Shown piece after piece: positions 26,872 through 38,623 of a stretch of 64,000 nucleotides of DNA (positions are counted from its first letter, which is position 1; every line of letters starts with the position of its first letter). Made by a program: the position numbers and the translations under genes. Below the pieces are notes generated by a model. That model did no database searches. It worked only from the letters and a program-made list of their open reading frames with translations, and was not told where the DNA came from. Source of the DNA: Dipteris shenzhenensis (taxonomy: Eukaryota); NCBI GenBank assembly GCA_047967505.1, contig CM106538.1; one strand, written 5' to 3'.

Positions 26872-27528
26872 TAGAAGCACACCTAGTGCTATGAGGTGTC
26901 TAGTCTATGACCTAAGTGATGATGTAAGCACAAAGGCCCCCACATGGGAGGTTCCTTTGATTTATCCAGTCCCACTGATGTAGGGACTGATTGCCACTGA
27001 TGGAGGGGAGGTGCCTATACCTTCCTCTCACTCTATATAATGGAGGATCTTCCTTCATTCTAATACATGGATTTTGCCTCACTTGAGCTCTCTCTCTTTG
27101 TATCATGATGCATCTATTCTATCCCACACACTTCTTCATAGACAACATAAATTACTTGAGTGGCATGAATAGGACTACTTGTTTCTAAGACGTCTTAGTT
27201 TATTAAAAATTCTTATGTTATTATTAGTATAATGAGTGCTAACTAATAAAGCCTTAAAAATAGACCAATTAATGTTACCTTCCCCAAAATCATGAAGATT
27301 ATTCATGTTTGACCTAGCTAAAAAGTTAAACCTTTCTCTATATGTTTCAACTTTTTTGTTTTGATTTATCGAGCTAGACCCAACTAAATCACCTACCAAA
27401 GAGACAAGACCATCACTCGAATTTCCAATGTTATTCGGTGAGGTCAAACGATCAACTTGCTTGCACTGTCCCTGCCCATCCCAAGGAAGTTTCTCCCTTG
27501 CTATATCTCCTAACTCTAGCAGGAGCAA
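21603..27528 (-). pseudogene. Disrupted GIY-YIG + RT polyprotein of the Penelope-like element (interrupted by 24409-27138)
   Basis: After removing the insertion: QVIYVVYNIHSSNMLYVGQTYRTAFIHFQEH...FPRGFN. Linker HPVVAWKYVKTLGQKAFNY...FCCC...GHLVTADTS..LRDLFVKGTKF. RT motifs DKCSNNFVFICKKFY, FHKTPKKPRFIAA, TYDFTMLYTKI, QIIGIPMGTNCAVFLANFYL, RCFIDG, FLDL, IYDKRE, PHIDSN. Several frameshifts and stops. Confidence 0.88.
24409..27138 (+). mobile_element. Gag-only non-autonomous LTR element (TR-GAG-like, 2.73 kb)
   Basis: LTRs 24409-24761 (start mutated to TA) and 26776-27138; PBS TGGTGTCAGAGC 24764-24775; PPT GAGGGGGGG ~26765; TSD TAGAC (24404-24408, 27139-27143). Copia-type gag fragment 25989..26384 with a CxxCxxxxH knuckle; no pol. 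Confidence 0.93.
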
Positions 27529-27901
27529 GACTAGTATTTAGAGGGGCTTGCTTGCACAGTCGTTACTCGTCCCAAGGTAACTCCTCCCTTATTACTACAA
27601 GGGAATGTCACAGAAGCCAGATGACATCCCAGGAGATCGCCCTATTGGTTTCCAAAAGGCGAATTCATCATAGCATGTATCGCTAAGCCAATATACCAAA
27701 AGAAAGAGAAAGAGAAAAGGAAAGTTACAACATCATTTGAAAATAATGTTGGACATGCTTATGCTAGAGAAAATGTGATAAACATGCATTTTCCACTTTA
27801 GGAAGAAGCTACCGAAGAGGCAAAGATAGAAACTAGTACGACAAAGACAAAAGTAGCTTTCAAGCCAAAGTTACTTATTCATAAAGTTATTTAATCTAAT
27901 A

Positions 27902-28245
27902 ACCTTTGTAAGACTAGAATAAGTCCAATCATACAAATTTATATTTTTTGTTGTTTTAAAGACCCAAAATCTACATAGAAAATAAAACAGAAAATGAAAG
28001 AGAAGAAAAAAGAGGAAAACAAAAACTTTTACGAAAAACAAAAGGAAGACATACTTAGCAAGCAAAGCAACACTTATGTCGTCATCAATGCCCAAGACCC
28101 ATGGAGTCTCTTGGGCAGACCCAGTGCTTACTAAAATACATCAAATAAGCAAAAGAGAAAGAAAACAAGAAAGGAAGAAGAAAGTAAGAAGGTGACTAAG
28201 CAAAAATAAACAAGCGAGTCAAGAAACAAAAACTTCCAAAAAACT

Positions 28246-28290
<45 letters not shown>

Positions 28291-28399
28291 AAAAAGCTAA
28301 AAGGACCCTTTACACTTATGTATCACTTCCTACAAAGAGGCAAAATTACATTCCTAACTTATAAAGCACAAGCATACTCAATCAAACTCTCTTTTGAAA
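27902..28399 (-). repeat. 5' pseudo-LTR of the Penelope-like element
   Basis: Colinear with 21050-21602, with a 28-bp deletion and a shorter (CT)n. Confidence 0.9.
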
Positions 28400-30291
28400 A
28401 GGAGTTCACTATAGTGGAAACAAATTGTGCATCTCGAATAACTTCATTAACATTCAAGAGTTCTAGTGACATATTCCTGCATAGTGTCCCCTTGATTCAT
28501 GTGCAACCCATCAAGCTCCCTACACAAAAATGAGACTGTAGCCTCATTAGACCTTCATACATGTTCTCCAAAATATCCCATGAAGTCCAACAAGACCGAA
28601 TATGAGGAATTATGAACCTCTTTACATTAAATGAAATCAAAGACAACGCTTTTAGTATCCCACCTCCTTTGCTCAAGAATAACACATGCAGGTGGTTGTG
28701 CTTGCGCTTGCCCAGCTAGAGCAGCCCCCACCTTGCTGTGGAGGAGTACATGACACCTATGCAGGCACCTGTGACGTAGTCCCACAGGCCCTTGGCAACC
28801 AAAAGATTATGAATCATAAAGCTCCAAAGAGGAAAGAGATCATTTGGATTATGATGTGCCATTTGAGCAAAGTAAAAAGATTCAAGAAAACTCAGCAAAG
28901 CTCACGTGTTATGAAGGCCTTAATCAAGTAAGAGACCACTTTCAAAGCCAGTACTTGGCTCAAGGATGCACCTCAAATCTGCCAAAAAAGTCCAGTGCTG
29001 GGACACATACTGCAATCTTAGAATCCTCTGCTCAAAACTCAACCAATGCTTGGCTTAACAAGGCATAAACCCTCTGAAAATCACCTCTGTCTTGAACCAA
29101 ACAGCCAATTGCAAAACCCAATTCCTCTCAAGTAAGTAAATGCGTGACGGGTGAAGACGGGAGCCAACCCGATGCGCAATGAAGAAAGTGTGGGTTTTGT
29201 TTGTATGGCTCAATCAATAGTCCGGGATATGGGACCAAGATAGTAAAATGACAGCTCCAAAAGCCCAAACCTAGACACCAATTAAGTTGACCAGCAGGCT
29301 GAGGTCAAAACTGAGCTGAAAATTACATCAAAACTGTTCCACAAGGTCAAAAACAGAGATAAACTGACCCGGAACAGCTGCTACAGCTTCAAAAGCTCCA
29401 TTGTGTCAAATGGTCCAAAAAGGTGCAGCTTGTCAAAAAACAGATTGACCAGATCCTAGGCAGATTTAGAGAGCTCATAACCTGTCAAAAACAACTCGCA
29501 TAGCTGTAGACAGCCTCCAAAAACCCTAAAATAGGTTCAGCCCTGTCTTGAAATGTATGCAACAGTGAAAAACAAGTCGACCAACTTGAGAACTGTTCCA
29601 AAACTGTCAAAAAATATTCTCCCAGTTCAAGAAGCTTCCAAAAACAGGCACCTATGTCTGGAACAGCAATTCGAAGCTGTTTCTGTTGAAAAAAACTCCA
29701 AAATTACGAAAAAAACAGTCGACTAGCAAGAAAACAGCCCGAAACCAGCAAGAAATGAGTCGTCCAACCTTGGAACAACTGTACGAAATTCATCCAAAAC
29801 AGGTCGAAATTAACTGAAGTCCCTTCAAAAACCAGTCACCAACTCAGAAAACAGCAGCAAATGCCCTCCAAAAGAGGCGCTCTGTAGAACCCTATTGACG
29901 GTAGCTGCCAACAAAAACGAGCTGTTTTGTAACTGTTTTCCTCAATGAATCTGGAGTTCTTTGTGACAAAACAGCCCACGGGTTTGGGGAAGGCGTTAAG
30001 AAACAAGAGGAACCCGCTCTGATACCAATGTTGGAAATGAAAGCGAGTGAACGCGAGAGAATGGAGCTGAAGGAATCTAGAATGAAATTGCAGCAGCAAA
30101 ATGAAGTACAAAGCTAGGGTGGTCATAGAGACAAAACCCTAGGATGGACCCTTACTGGAGTTAAGACATGTGTGGCAACTAACAAACTAGTCCCTTATTA
30201 CATAACATTGGCCACTGCCTTAGGAAATATAAATATTTCCAACACTTTGCGACAATGCAAATGTACTTATGCGATGACCTAGGAATACTGA

Positions 30292-30392
30292 CTTCAGAGG
30301 TCAATATCATTGCTTGTTCAACCAGGGGATTCTAGAAATAATGAATTCAGAGGTCAATATCATTGCTTGTTCAACCAGGGGATTCTAGAAAT
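30292..30392. repeat. Tandem duplication of ~47 bp with a short spacer
   Basis: TTCAGAGGTCAATATCATTGCTTGTTCAACCAGGGGATTCTAGAAAT occurs twice about 54 bp apart. Confidence 0.9.
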
Positions 30393-33115
30393 GAGTTGGA
30401 TTTGATTCGCCGAACCCAACGCTACACTACTCTCTTTGTATAAAAGATCACTATACACATCATGAGACCCATGGGACACCAACAGCATGTGATCACAGAT
30501 TTCTTTTTCAAAGGAGGTAAGTCCACGCTGGGTAGATGCAGTCAGACATAGAATCCAGAACCCGTCCTCCAAAGAGACCAAGCCTACAGGAGCTTGCCAG
30601 CAAGTTCTCGCCACATACAAGGCACTCCCATTGCAATGTCACAGAACCCAATGGACATATCCAACATGCTTCAAAAACACCAAGATTCTGAGTCCAATCC
30701 CAATTGAGCCCACACACAGCTCAGATCACTCATCGTTGATACCTAGCAAGATCCCTTCAGGGGCTACACATTCAGTGGTTTTAGGTTTAGTTTCAGTTTC
30801 CATCAGATCTTCTAGGGGTGTGCTAGACACCTATAGCACCCCCACCACGTTCCCCGGTTCCCACACGCCCCCCCCCCCCCCCCCCAAAAATTCCCTTCTG
30901 ATGTTTACAGCTGTTCAAGGCCCCCTGCCTGTCACGAACATCCTCACAGGATGTATAATCGTGATTAGCTCATCACCTTAGGCAGGACATTGGGGACCAG
31001 AAAAGGACAATCAGAGGGCAGCCAATGAGTCTGTCATCTCATCGTGGATATGCAGGACAGTAAATGGGCCTGCATGAACAGCAAGGTCAAAACAGTATCA
31101 AGGACAGTAGACACAGCAGTACATAGCAGCCAACGGGCCACTTTGGCAGGCCCACAAGGAAACGCAGATAGCAGCGGCAATGCTCCAGCATGTGCAGACA
31201 GTCAGCAGGCAGCAAGCAGGGCTGCGACATAGCACAGCAGCAGCAGCAGCAAGGGATGGGCCCCAGTCGCCCAGCAAGAGGGAATTGACCAAAGTCAGCC
31301 AGCAAGGAGGGAAATACAGGCCTATATGCAGAGTTGAGCATCAAGCCTGGCCTCACATCCTAAGGTATTGAGTGGCATGGTGCTCTTCCTTTGTACACTG
31401 CCCACATGGGGCAGCCATTCTGGGGCATACAAGGTGTAACAGCAGTTCTGCACTTTGTATCAAGCATAGGGCATTTATGTGAAGCAATAAAAGATGAATG
31501 CTCTATCTGGACGATGGCGGGTACGATCCAAATTCATGTTTGAAAGGTCTAATGCTAGCATCTATACAAGTCTTTTGCTGCTAGTAGGCATGATTACCAT
31601 ATAGGCATGTGTCATGCACAGCATTCGTAGACCTGATGCATGCTACATAGGGTCAGAGCATTGTACAAACCTTTGAAGTACTGAGAAAAGGTCACATCAC
31701 CGCTTGTTCCAGCACCAATCAAGAGAGGTTCCAATCGGTCTCATGCTTCTCAGCAACCCACATGTTGTAAATGCTCCTCCTTATCGTTGCTATATATAAG
31801 GATGTAGCTTAAAAGACATCACTTTTAACTCCTGGTTCCCTCTTTCTCTCCTGAAGAGAACTTTAGGTTCGTCACCTTCCTTGATTCTTATTTTGTGGTA
31901 CCCTGACCTGATGTCTATCTTGGAATTATATGTAGATTTCTTCACTTCATCCAACAAATCATCCACCCTAGGGATGGAGAATCTATTTTTTATGGTCTTT
32001 TCATTCAACTCCCTGTTGTCAATTCCTCCTTTACTAATAAAATAAGAGAAGCAAATGGAGATTGACTAAGACTGATGAAACCTTTGTCCAACAACTCCTG
32101 GATATGATTGGCAACCTCATCCTTCTCTGCCTTTGATAACCTCTAAGGAGCCTTCTTTATGGGCTTTGGTCCTTCCTCCAAATATATGGCATGATCAATG
32201 GCATGATTAACTTCCTTTTAGGGGAAGACAAGGAGGTGGTTCTTGGAAAATGTCCTCATATTGCTATAGCATTCCCAGCATGTCAACATCTTCCACTATG
32301 AAGCCCTTACTTGGTGTCTGGTTATCTCCAGCCTCAAGTTTTAAGGATAAAGAGTGGCATCCCTCGTGAGGATTCTTCTCACTTGTTCCGCTGTGACTAA
32401 CTGCAACTTCTGAGAGAGTATACCCGATCAACGCACTTCGTTACCCTTGCTATTGAAAGTAATTGTCATGTTCGGCAAATTCATAGTAAAATTACCCAAT
32501 GTTCGGAGCCAGTTGCAACCAAGTATTATGTCTATGGGACCTGATCCAAGGCAAACAGATCAGTAATGCAGCAGTAATCTTGATTACTGCATCGGTGCAA
32601 AGCTTTTGACTGGTAGTGAAGGTCTTATTAGCCACTTCAATCAAACCACAGGCAACTTCAATGAGTGGACAAACTTCGAATTTACAAAAGCTATGGGTGC
32701 TACCACTGTCCACAAGAATATAGGCATCTCTTCCCATTACCTTACCCTTGAGCTGAAGGTGGTGGAAGTGCTTACACCATTAAAAGTGTTTGCAAATATC
32801 CTGTACAATTCTGGTTGGGTGTCCCACCTTATTTCTTCATCAGTCACAACCCACCATCCTCAGGTTCATCCAGCTATCCCCCTCAGAATCCCAGGGCAGC
32901 CTGGTTCTTGCTAAGCATCATGCCTGTAGGGTTTGTTTCAACCCAGGTTCACTCTGGCACCACCATCAATAACCGCATGACTGCCTTGCTGACAGCCGCC
33001 CCCAACAACCACAGCAAACAGTCGTTACAGCTGTACGGGCTGGGAAGTGGCCAGGCACAGCAGCAACAGCACATATAGCCACAGTAGTAGTGCAGCAACA
33101 CATACAAGAAATAAT

Positions 33116-36100
33116 TGTTGAGATATCGAGCTCCACTCGCGATATGCCAAGGTGACCGTTGTGCATTTATGTCACCGACTTGTTAGCTGGAGATGCAGTT
33201 GGTACACCGCCCACGAATAATAGCTGGATGACAGCTATCCTTATCTACACTAGTTCGTGGCTCAGTTAGTATGCCACCTTAGTTAGTTGAGTTTGGTTTG
33301 AGACCCACATATAGGGTTCTTCTATTTCTTTGTATTAGAGTTCTTTTGGCTTTCATAACTAAGAAGAGGAAAACTGTTTTCAGCCTCCACCTTTGTGTGT
33401 ATTCCCCCATTGTGCATGTAAGAAAGCCACAAGTGAAACTCCTTCCCTCTCTCCCACAATCTTCACATGGTATCAGAGCCTTGTTCGTGGTAAGGAGCTC
33501 AAGAAAGCAAGCTAAGTTCGTGGTGTCCTGGTAAGAGACGAAAGTGGTATTTCACCACACAGTCACTTCGTAGTGACGATTTTGCATCAACAGGTAACAA
33601 GCATGAATCTGCAACTCCCAATATCTCTACACAAAGGCATACGATGCAATTTCTGCGGCAACTTTTCACCGACCCACAGAACAGTGGTCGCACAGCAAAA
33701 ACAGGGCCTTTTTCTGAGTGCCTGCGGAGAACTTCCGTCTCCAAAACGGGCCCCGAAATGACCTCGAATCAGAAAAATAACCCTAAACCGTAAACCCCGC
33801 AACATATACTGCGCTCTCGCCACACCGCGAAGGGCGTCTCAATCTGAGACAATGCACTCTTGCACTTCTGGCTGTGCTACCTGCAGAGATTTGCTCCCAA
33901 ACTCGAAATGTGTTTTTTGCAGTGACAGAATATTTTGCAGTGTTCTGTAATGGCATCTGATTCTCTTTCACAGATTGTCACTGAAAAGCTTGACAAGAAC
34001 AACTTCCAGGCATGGAAGTTTAGAATGACGAATTTCTTGATGGGAAAAGGCTATTGGGAGTTCATTACAGGAAATGAAGAAGAACCTGTTCTTCCTAATG
34101 TTCCCAGTCAACAGGAAATGCAGGCATTCAAAGGATGGCATGAGAGAGCCAGGAAAGTTATGTACTGGCTGTCTATCAGTATTTCGGACTCCATGATTGT
34201 GCATATTCAGGATGCAAATACGCCAAAGGAGGCATGGGATACTTTGGCAAAAATGTATAGCACAAATACGCAAGCCAGGAAAATGCAACTCAAACAGGAG
34301 TTGCACAATGTGCAGAGAGAAAATTTGAGCATAAATGACTACCACATGAAAGTGAAGAAAATTGCAGATGCACTTGCTTCCATTGGGTCGCCAGTGGATG
34401 ATGACGATTTGGTCTCTGTGACCTTGAATGGTCTAGGAAAGGATTATGCACAGTTCCGGACATCCATTGCCGTCCGTGAAAAATTTCCTAATTTTGAGGA
34501 GTTGATTGCTCTTCTAATTTCCGAAGAGCAGAGAAATGGTGGTGCATCTTCTTCAGCAGGAACTTCAAAAGAAACTGTCTTCTACTCAAATGCTGGCAGA
34601 GGTAGAGGCAGAGGTAGAGGAGGCCGATCTGCAGGCCGTGGTAGAAATCAGAATATGCAGCAAACGCAAGAAAACCAGTCCTATGCAGGAGGACGTGGTA
34701 ACTCTAGAGGCAGGGGGAGCCAAAGAGGCCGTGGTGGATGGCAGAGAGGCCAAAATGCAAACAGCAATATTGAATGCTACTATTGTGGCAAGATGGGTCA
34801 TATGGCTAAGGACTGCTATAAAAAGCAGAATGACATTATGAATGGAAAATTGCAGCAAGGCAATTATGCATCCTCTAGTAGACAGGGTGATGACAGAAAT
34901 GAGCATTTGTTTATGGTGCAGCATATGACAAATTCTGTAACAAGTGCAGAAGAAAGCAATGATGTGTGGTATGTTGACTCGGGTGCATCAAACCACATGA
35001 CAGGTCACGCTGAATGGATACAGGATGCAAGAAAAATGGAAAAACCAAGATTTGTGGAGACTGGTGATGATACCGCACATCCTATTGTGCAGATTGGCAA
35101 AATTCCTTTGTCTATGCAGGATGGGAAAAAGAAATACTTGTCTGATGTATTTCATGTCCCGAACATCACCAAGAACCTGGTTTCTGTTGGTCAAATGGTT
35201 GAGCAGGGCTTGCAGGTTAGATTTAATCCTCATGGATGCTTTGTTGAGGATATGAAAAATAATGGTCGCTTGATAGCAAAAGGAAAGAAGAAGGGCAGGA
35301 TGTTTACGTTAGATGCAGACATGCCTCAATTGAGTGCAGCAATGTTTGCACATGGGACCGGTGTAGTTGCAGATATTGATATCTGGCACAAACGCATTGG
35401 TCATGTTAATATACAGCGACTTAAATCAATGCAAGCCCAAAATATTGTTGCAGGATTGCCTAAATTCAAGGTTGCAGAAATGCACAAGGTTTGTGAAGCC
35501 TGTCAATTTGAAAAACAGGCAAGGAAACCTTTTCCTAGGCATGTTCAAGAGAGTAAAAAGCCATTGGAATTAATCCACTCTGATGTGTGGACTACAAAAG
35601 CTGCATCTATTGGAGGCTGTCACTATTTTGTCACATTTATTGATGACTTCAGCAGAAAACTGTGGGTGTATTTTATGAAAAAGAAAAGTGAAGTGTTTGG
35701 GCACTTCAAAGCTTTCAAAGCTATGGTTGAAAAAGAAACAGGCCTGCAAATAAAATGCCTAAGGTCAGATGGAGGGGGAGAGTACCTCTCAAATGAGTTT
35801 GCAAGGTTCTTGCAGGAGCATGGTATAAAGCAGCAATATTCATGCAGTCATACCCCACAGCAAAATGGAATTGCAGAAAGAAAAAACAGGCATATTGGAG
35901 AGGTATCTCGGGCTATGCTAAATGAAAAAGATCTATCAGATTATTATTGGGCTGAAGCAGTTGCTACAGCAGTCTATATAATGAACAGGACTCCCACTGC
36001 AGCAATACATGGCATGACGCCAGAGGAGATGTATACTGGTAGGAAACCAGATATTTCTCATTTGAAGATTTTTTGTTGCATTGCCTATGTCCATGTGCCA

Positions 36101-38623
36101 GATGAGTTGAGGTCCAAGTTGGATCCAAAAGCTGAGAAGTGCGTCTTTATTGGTTATTCTCTGCAGCAAAAAGGGTATAGATGCTATAACCCTTCTACAC
36201 GAAAGTTCACAGTGAGCAGAGATGTTGTTTTTGATGAGATGAGCAACTGGTATAAACCAGTAAATGTGATGATTGATGTAGATGCACAAAATGGTAATGC
36301 TCCACAGAATGCACAGCAGCAATCACAAAATATCAGTGGACCTGGAGTGTCCTCTACCAGTGGTTCACATACTTCGCCATGGACAGGCAGATTGAGATCA
36401 GGAGAATCCCCTCAAAGCAATGCAGAGAGTGGTACGCAGGTATCACGAAAAGGAAAAGAGAAGGTAGATCAACTCATGTTTGATGTGAATGCAGGTCACT
36501 CTTGTGTGGATGGTGAATCCAGTGGCTCAGAACAGAGCATTGATGATGAGTTGGGTATTCCTTCTGTTGTTACACCTGGAGTAAGAAAGACCAGGGATTT
36601 TTTGAGAGCACCTGGAAGTGAGCCTATTTTGCGCAGGTCTACCAGGGTTAGGTATCCTGTGAATAGGCTGAAATATGATGGATTTACAGCCATTCACTAT
36701 GCCTATATGGTCAAAGTGATACAGGAACCAGAACCCACTTCTTTTGAGCAAGCCATGGGAAATGAAAAATGGGAGAAAGCCATGGATGAAGAAATGGATG
36801 CCTTGGATGCTAATGCTACATGGGAATTGGTGCCTTTGCCTAAAGGCAAGAATGCAATTGGCTGTAAGTGGGTTTATAAGATCAAGCACAATGCAGATGG
36901 TTCTGTGAATAGATACAAGGCAAGATTAGTTGTGAAGGGATATGCACAGACATATGGCATTGATTATGAAGAAACTTTCAGCCCGGTTGCAAGGATGGCA
37001 ACCGTAAGAGCAGCGATTGCTATGGCTGCATCAAAGGGATGGTCTTTACATGAGATGGATGTAAAGAATGCCTTCTTGCATGGTGATTTGCAAGAAGAGG
37101 TCTTTATGGAGCAGCCAGCAGGTTATGTGCATGCTACTCATCCTGAGTTTGTTTTCAGGTTGAAGAAAGCCTTGTATGGCTGCAAGCACCTAGAGCATGG
37201 TCTGACAAGATAGGACAGTATCTTGTCACTATTGGCTTTCAGATTTCCAAGGCAGATTTCTCACTCTATGTGAGAAAAACAGAGAAAGGGATTATGCTGC
37301 TGGTCATTTATGTTGATGATTTGATCATCACAAGTGATAGTGATGAAGATATCCTTCATGTGAAAATGCTATTGAGGCAGAAGTTTGAGATGAAGGATTT
37401 GAGAGAGCTGCGTTATTTCTTGGGCATTGAGGTGATTAGATCACCAAGTGGGATACAGCTCTTGTAGAGGCAGTATGGACTGGACATGCTGTCCAAATAT
37501 GGGATGACAGGCTGTAAGCCTATTTCAGTTCCTTTGGAGCAGAATGTGAAGCTGAGTGCAGATGCAGGTGAGCTTCTGGAAGACCCTACTATGTACAGAC
37601 GCATAGTAAGAAGTTTGATTTACATGACTATTACCAGGCCAGATTTGAGCTATGCTGTTGGGTTGGTAAGTCAGTTTATGCAGGCTCCAAGGAAACCGCA
37701 TTTGGATGCGGCTAGACGCATACTCAGGTATGTGAAGTCCACATTGCAGTATGGACTATTTTATGAGGCTAGGGTTCAGATACAGTTGCATGGATACACT
37801 GATGCTGATTGGGCTGGTAGTATTTCTGATAGACGATCTACCAGTGGATATGTGTTCTCTTTTGGGAGTGCTGCAGTCACTTGGAGCAGCAAGAAACAGC
37901 CTACAGTTGCCTTGTCGAGCACAGAGGCTGAGTACAGGGGTGCAGCAATGGCTGCATGTGAGGTAGCTTGGTTGCATAAGCTACTCTATGATATGCATCA
38001 GTCTACAGATGGGCCAGTTGTCATTTATTGTGACAACATGAGTTAGTATACACTTGGCAAAGAACCCAGTCTTTCATGCTAGAACAAAGCACATTGAGGT
38101 GCATTATCACTATGTGCGGGAGAAAGTGTTACTAGGTCTTATTGATCTAGTTTATGTCAGCACAGAGGATCAGGTAGCTGACATATTCACGAAAGCATTG
38201 GGCGCAGAGAAGCTGCGCAAGTTCAGAGACCTGCTTGGTGTGCAGGATTTGGGATTGAGCTCGAGGGGGAGTGTTGAGATATCGAGCTCCACTCGCGATA
38301 TGCCAGGGTGACCGTTGTGCATTTATGTCACCGACTTGTTAGCTAGAGATGCGGTTGGTACACTGCCCACGAATAATAGCTGGATGACAGCTATCCTTAT
38401 CTACACTAGTTCGTGGCTCAGTTAGTATGCCACCTTAGTTAGTTGAGTTTGGTTTGAGACCCACATATAGGGTTCTTCTATTTCTTTGTATTAGAGTTCT
38501 TTTGGCTTTCATAACTAAGAAGAGGAAAACTGTTTTCAACCTCCACCTTTGTGTGTATTCCCCCATTGTGCATGTAAGAAAGCCACAAGTGAGACTCCTT
38601 CCCTCTCTCCCACAATCTTCACA
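33116..38623 (+). mobile_element. Full-length, relatively young Ty1/Copia LTR retrotransposon (5.5 kb)
   Basis: 352-bp LTRs 33116-33467 and 38272-38623 differing at 6 positions by eye, all transitions; PBS TGGTATCAGAGCC 33468-33480; PPT GAGGGGGAG before 38272; TSD ATAAT (33111-33115, 38624-38628). Confidence 0.98.
33950..38311 (+). pseudogene. Copia gag-pol (gag, zinc knuckle, protease, integrase, RT, RNase H) broken in RT/RNase H
   Basis: CYYCGKMGHMAKDC, WYVDSGASNH, integrase DDE region, IYVDDL, GYTDADW. Frameshift near 37180 and TAG stops at ~37465 and ~38044. Confidence 0.95.

Larger units (their letters stand above)
21050..28399 (-). mobile_element. Penelope-like retroelement with N-terminal GIY-YIG endonuclease (Chlamys/Naiad-type), flanked by direct pseudo-LTRs
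   Basis: Direct repeats 27902-28399 and 21050-21602 lacking TG..CA, PBS and PPT. Between them a broken ORF in the order GIY-YIG, CxC linker, PLE-type RT. Confidence 0.88.
20100..30244 (-). mobile_element. Old decayed Ty1/Copia split within gag by the Penelope-like element
   Basis: 5' LTR ~30029-30244 (TGTTGGAAAT/ATTTCCAACA); PBS GCTCTGATACCA 30016-30027; gag start FPLWSFMIHNLLVAKGLWDYVTG (28716..28898). Gag resumes below 21050 (FQELVALSLKEEQARK), then protease WYFDSGAPSH (20393..20737). 3' limit approximate. Confidence 0.8.

Noticed and set aside
30868-30885. Poly-C run (and the G20 run at 40940) as functional G-quadruplexes
   Set aside because: Simple homopolymers, prone to slippage and sequencing error; no further evidence.
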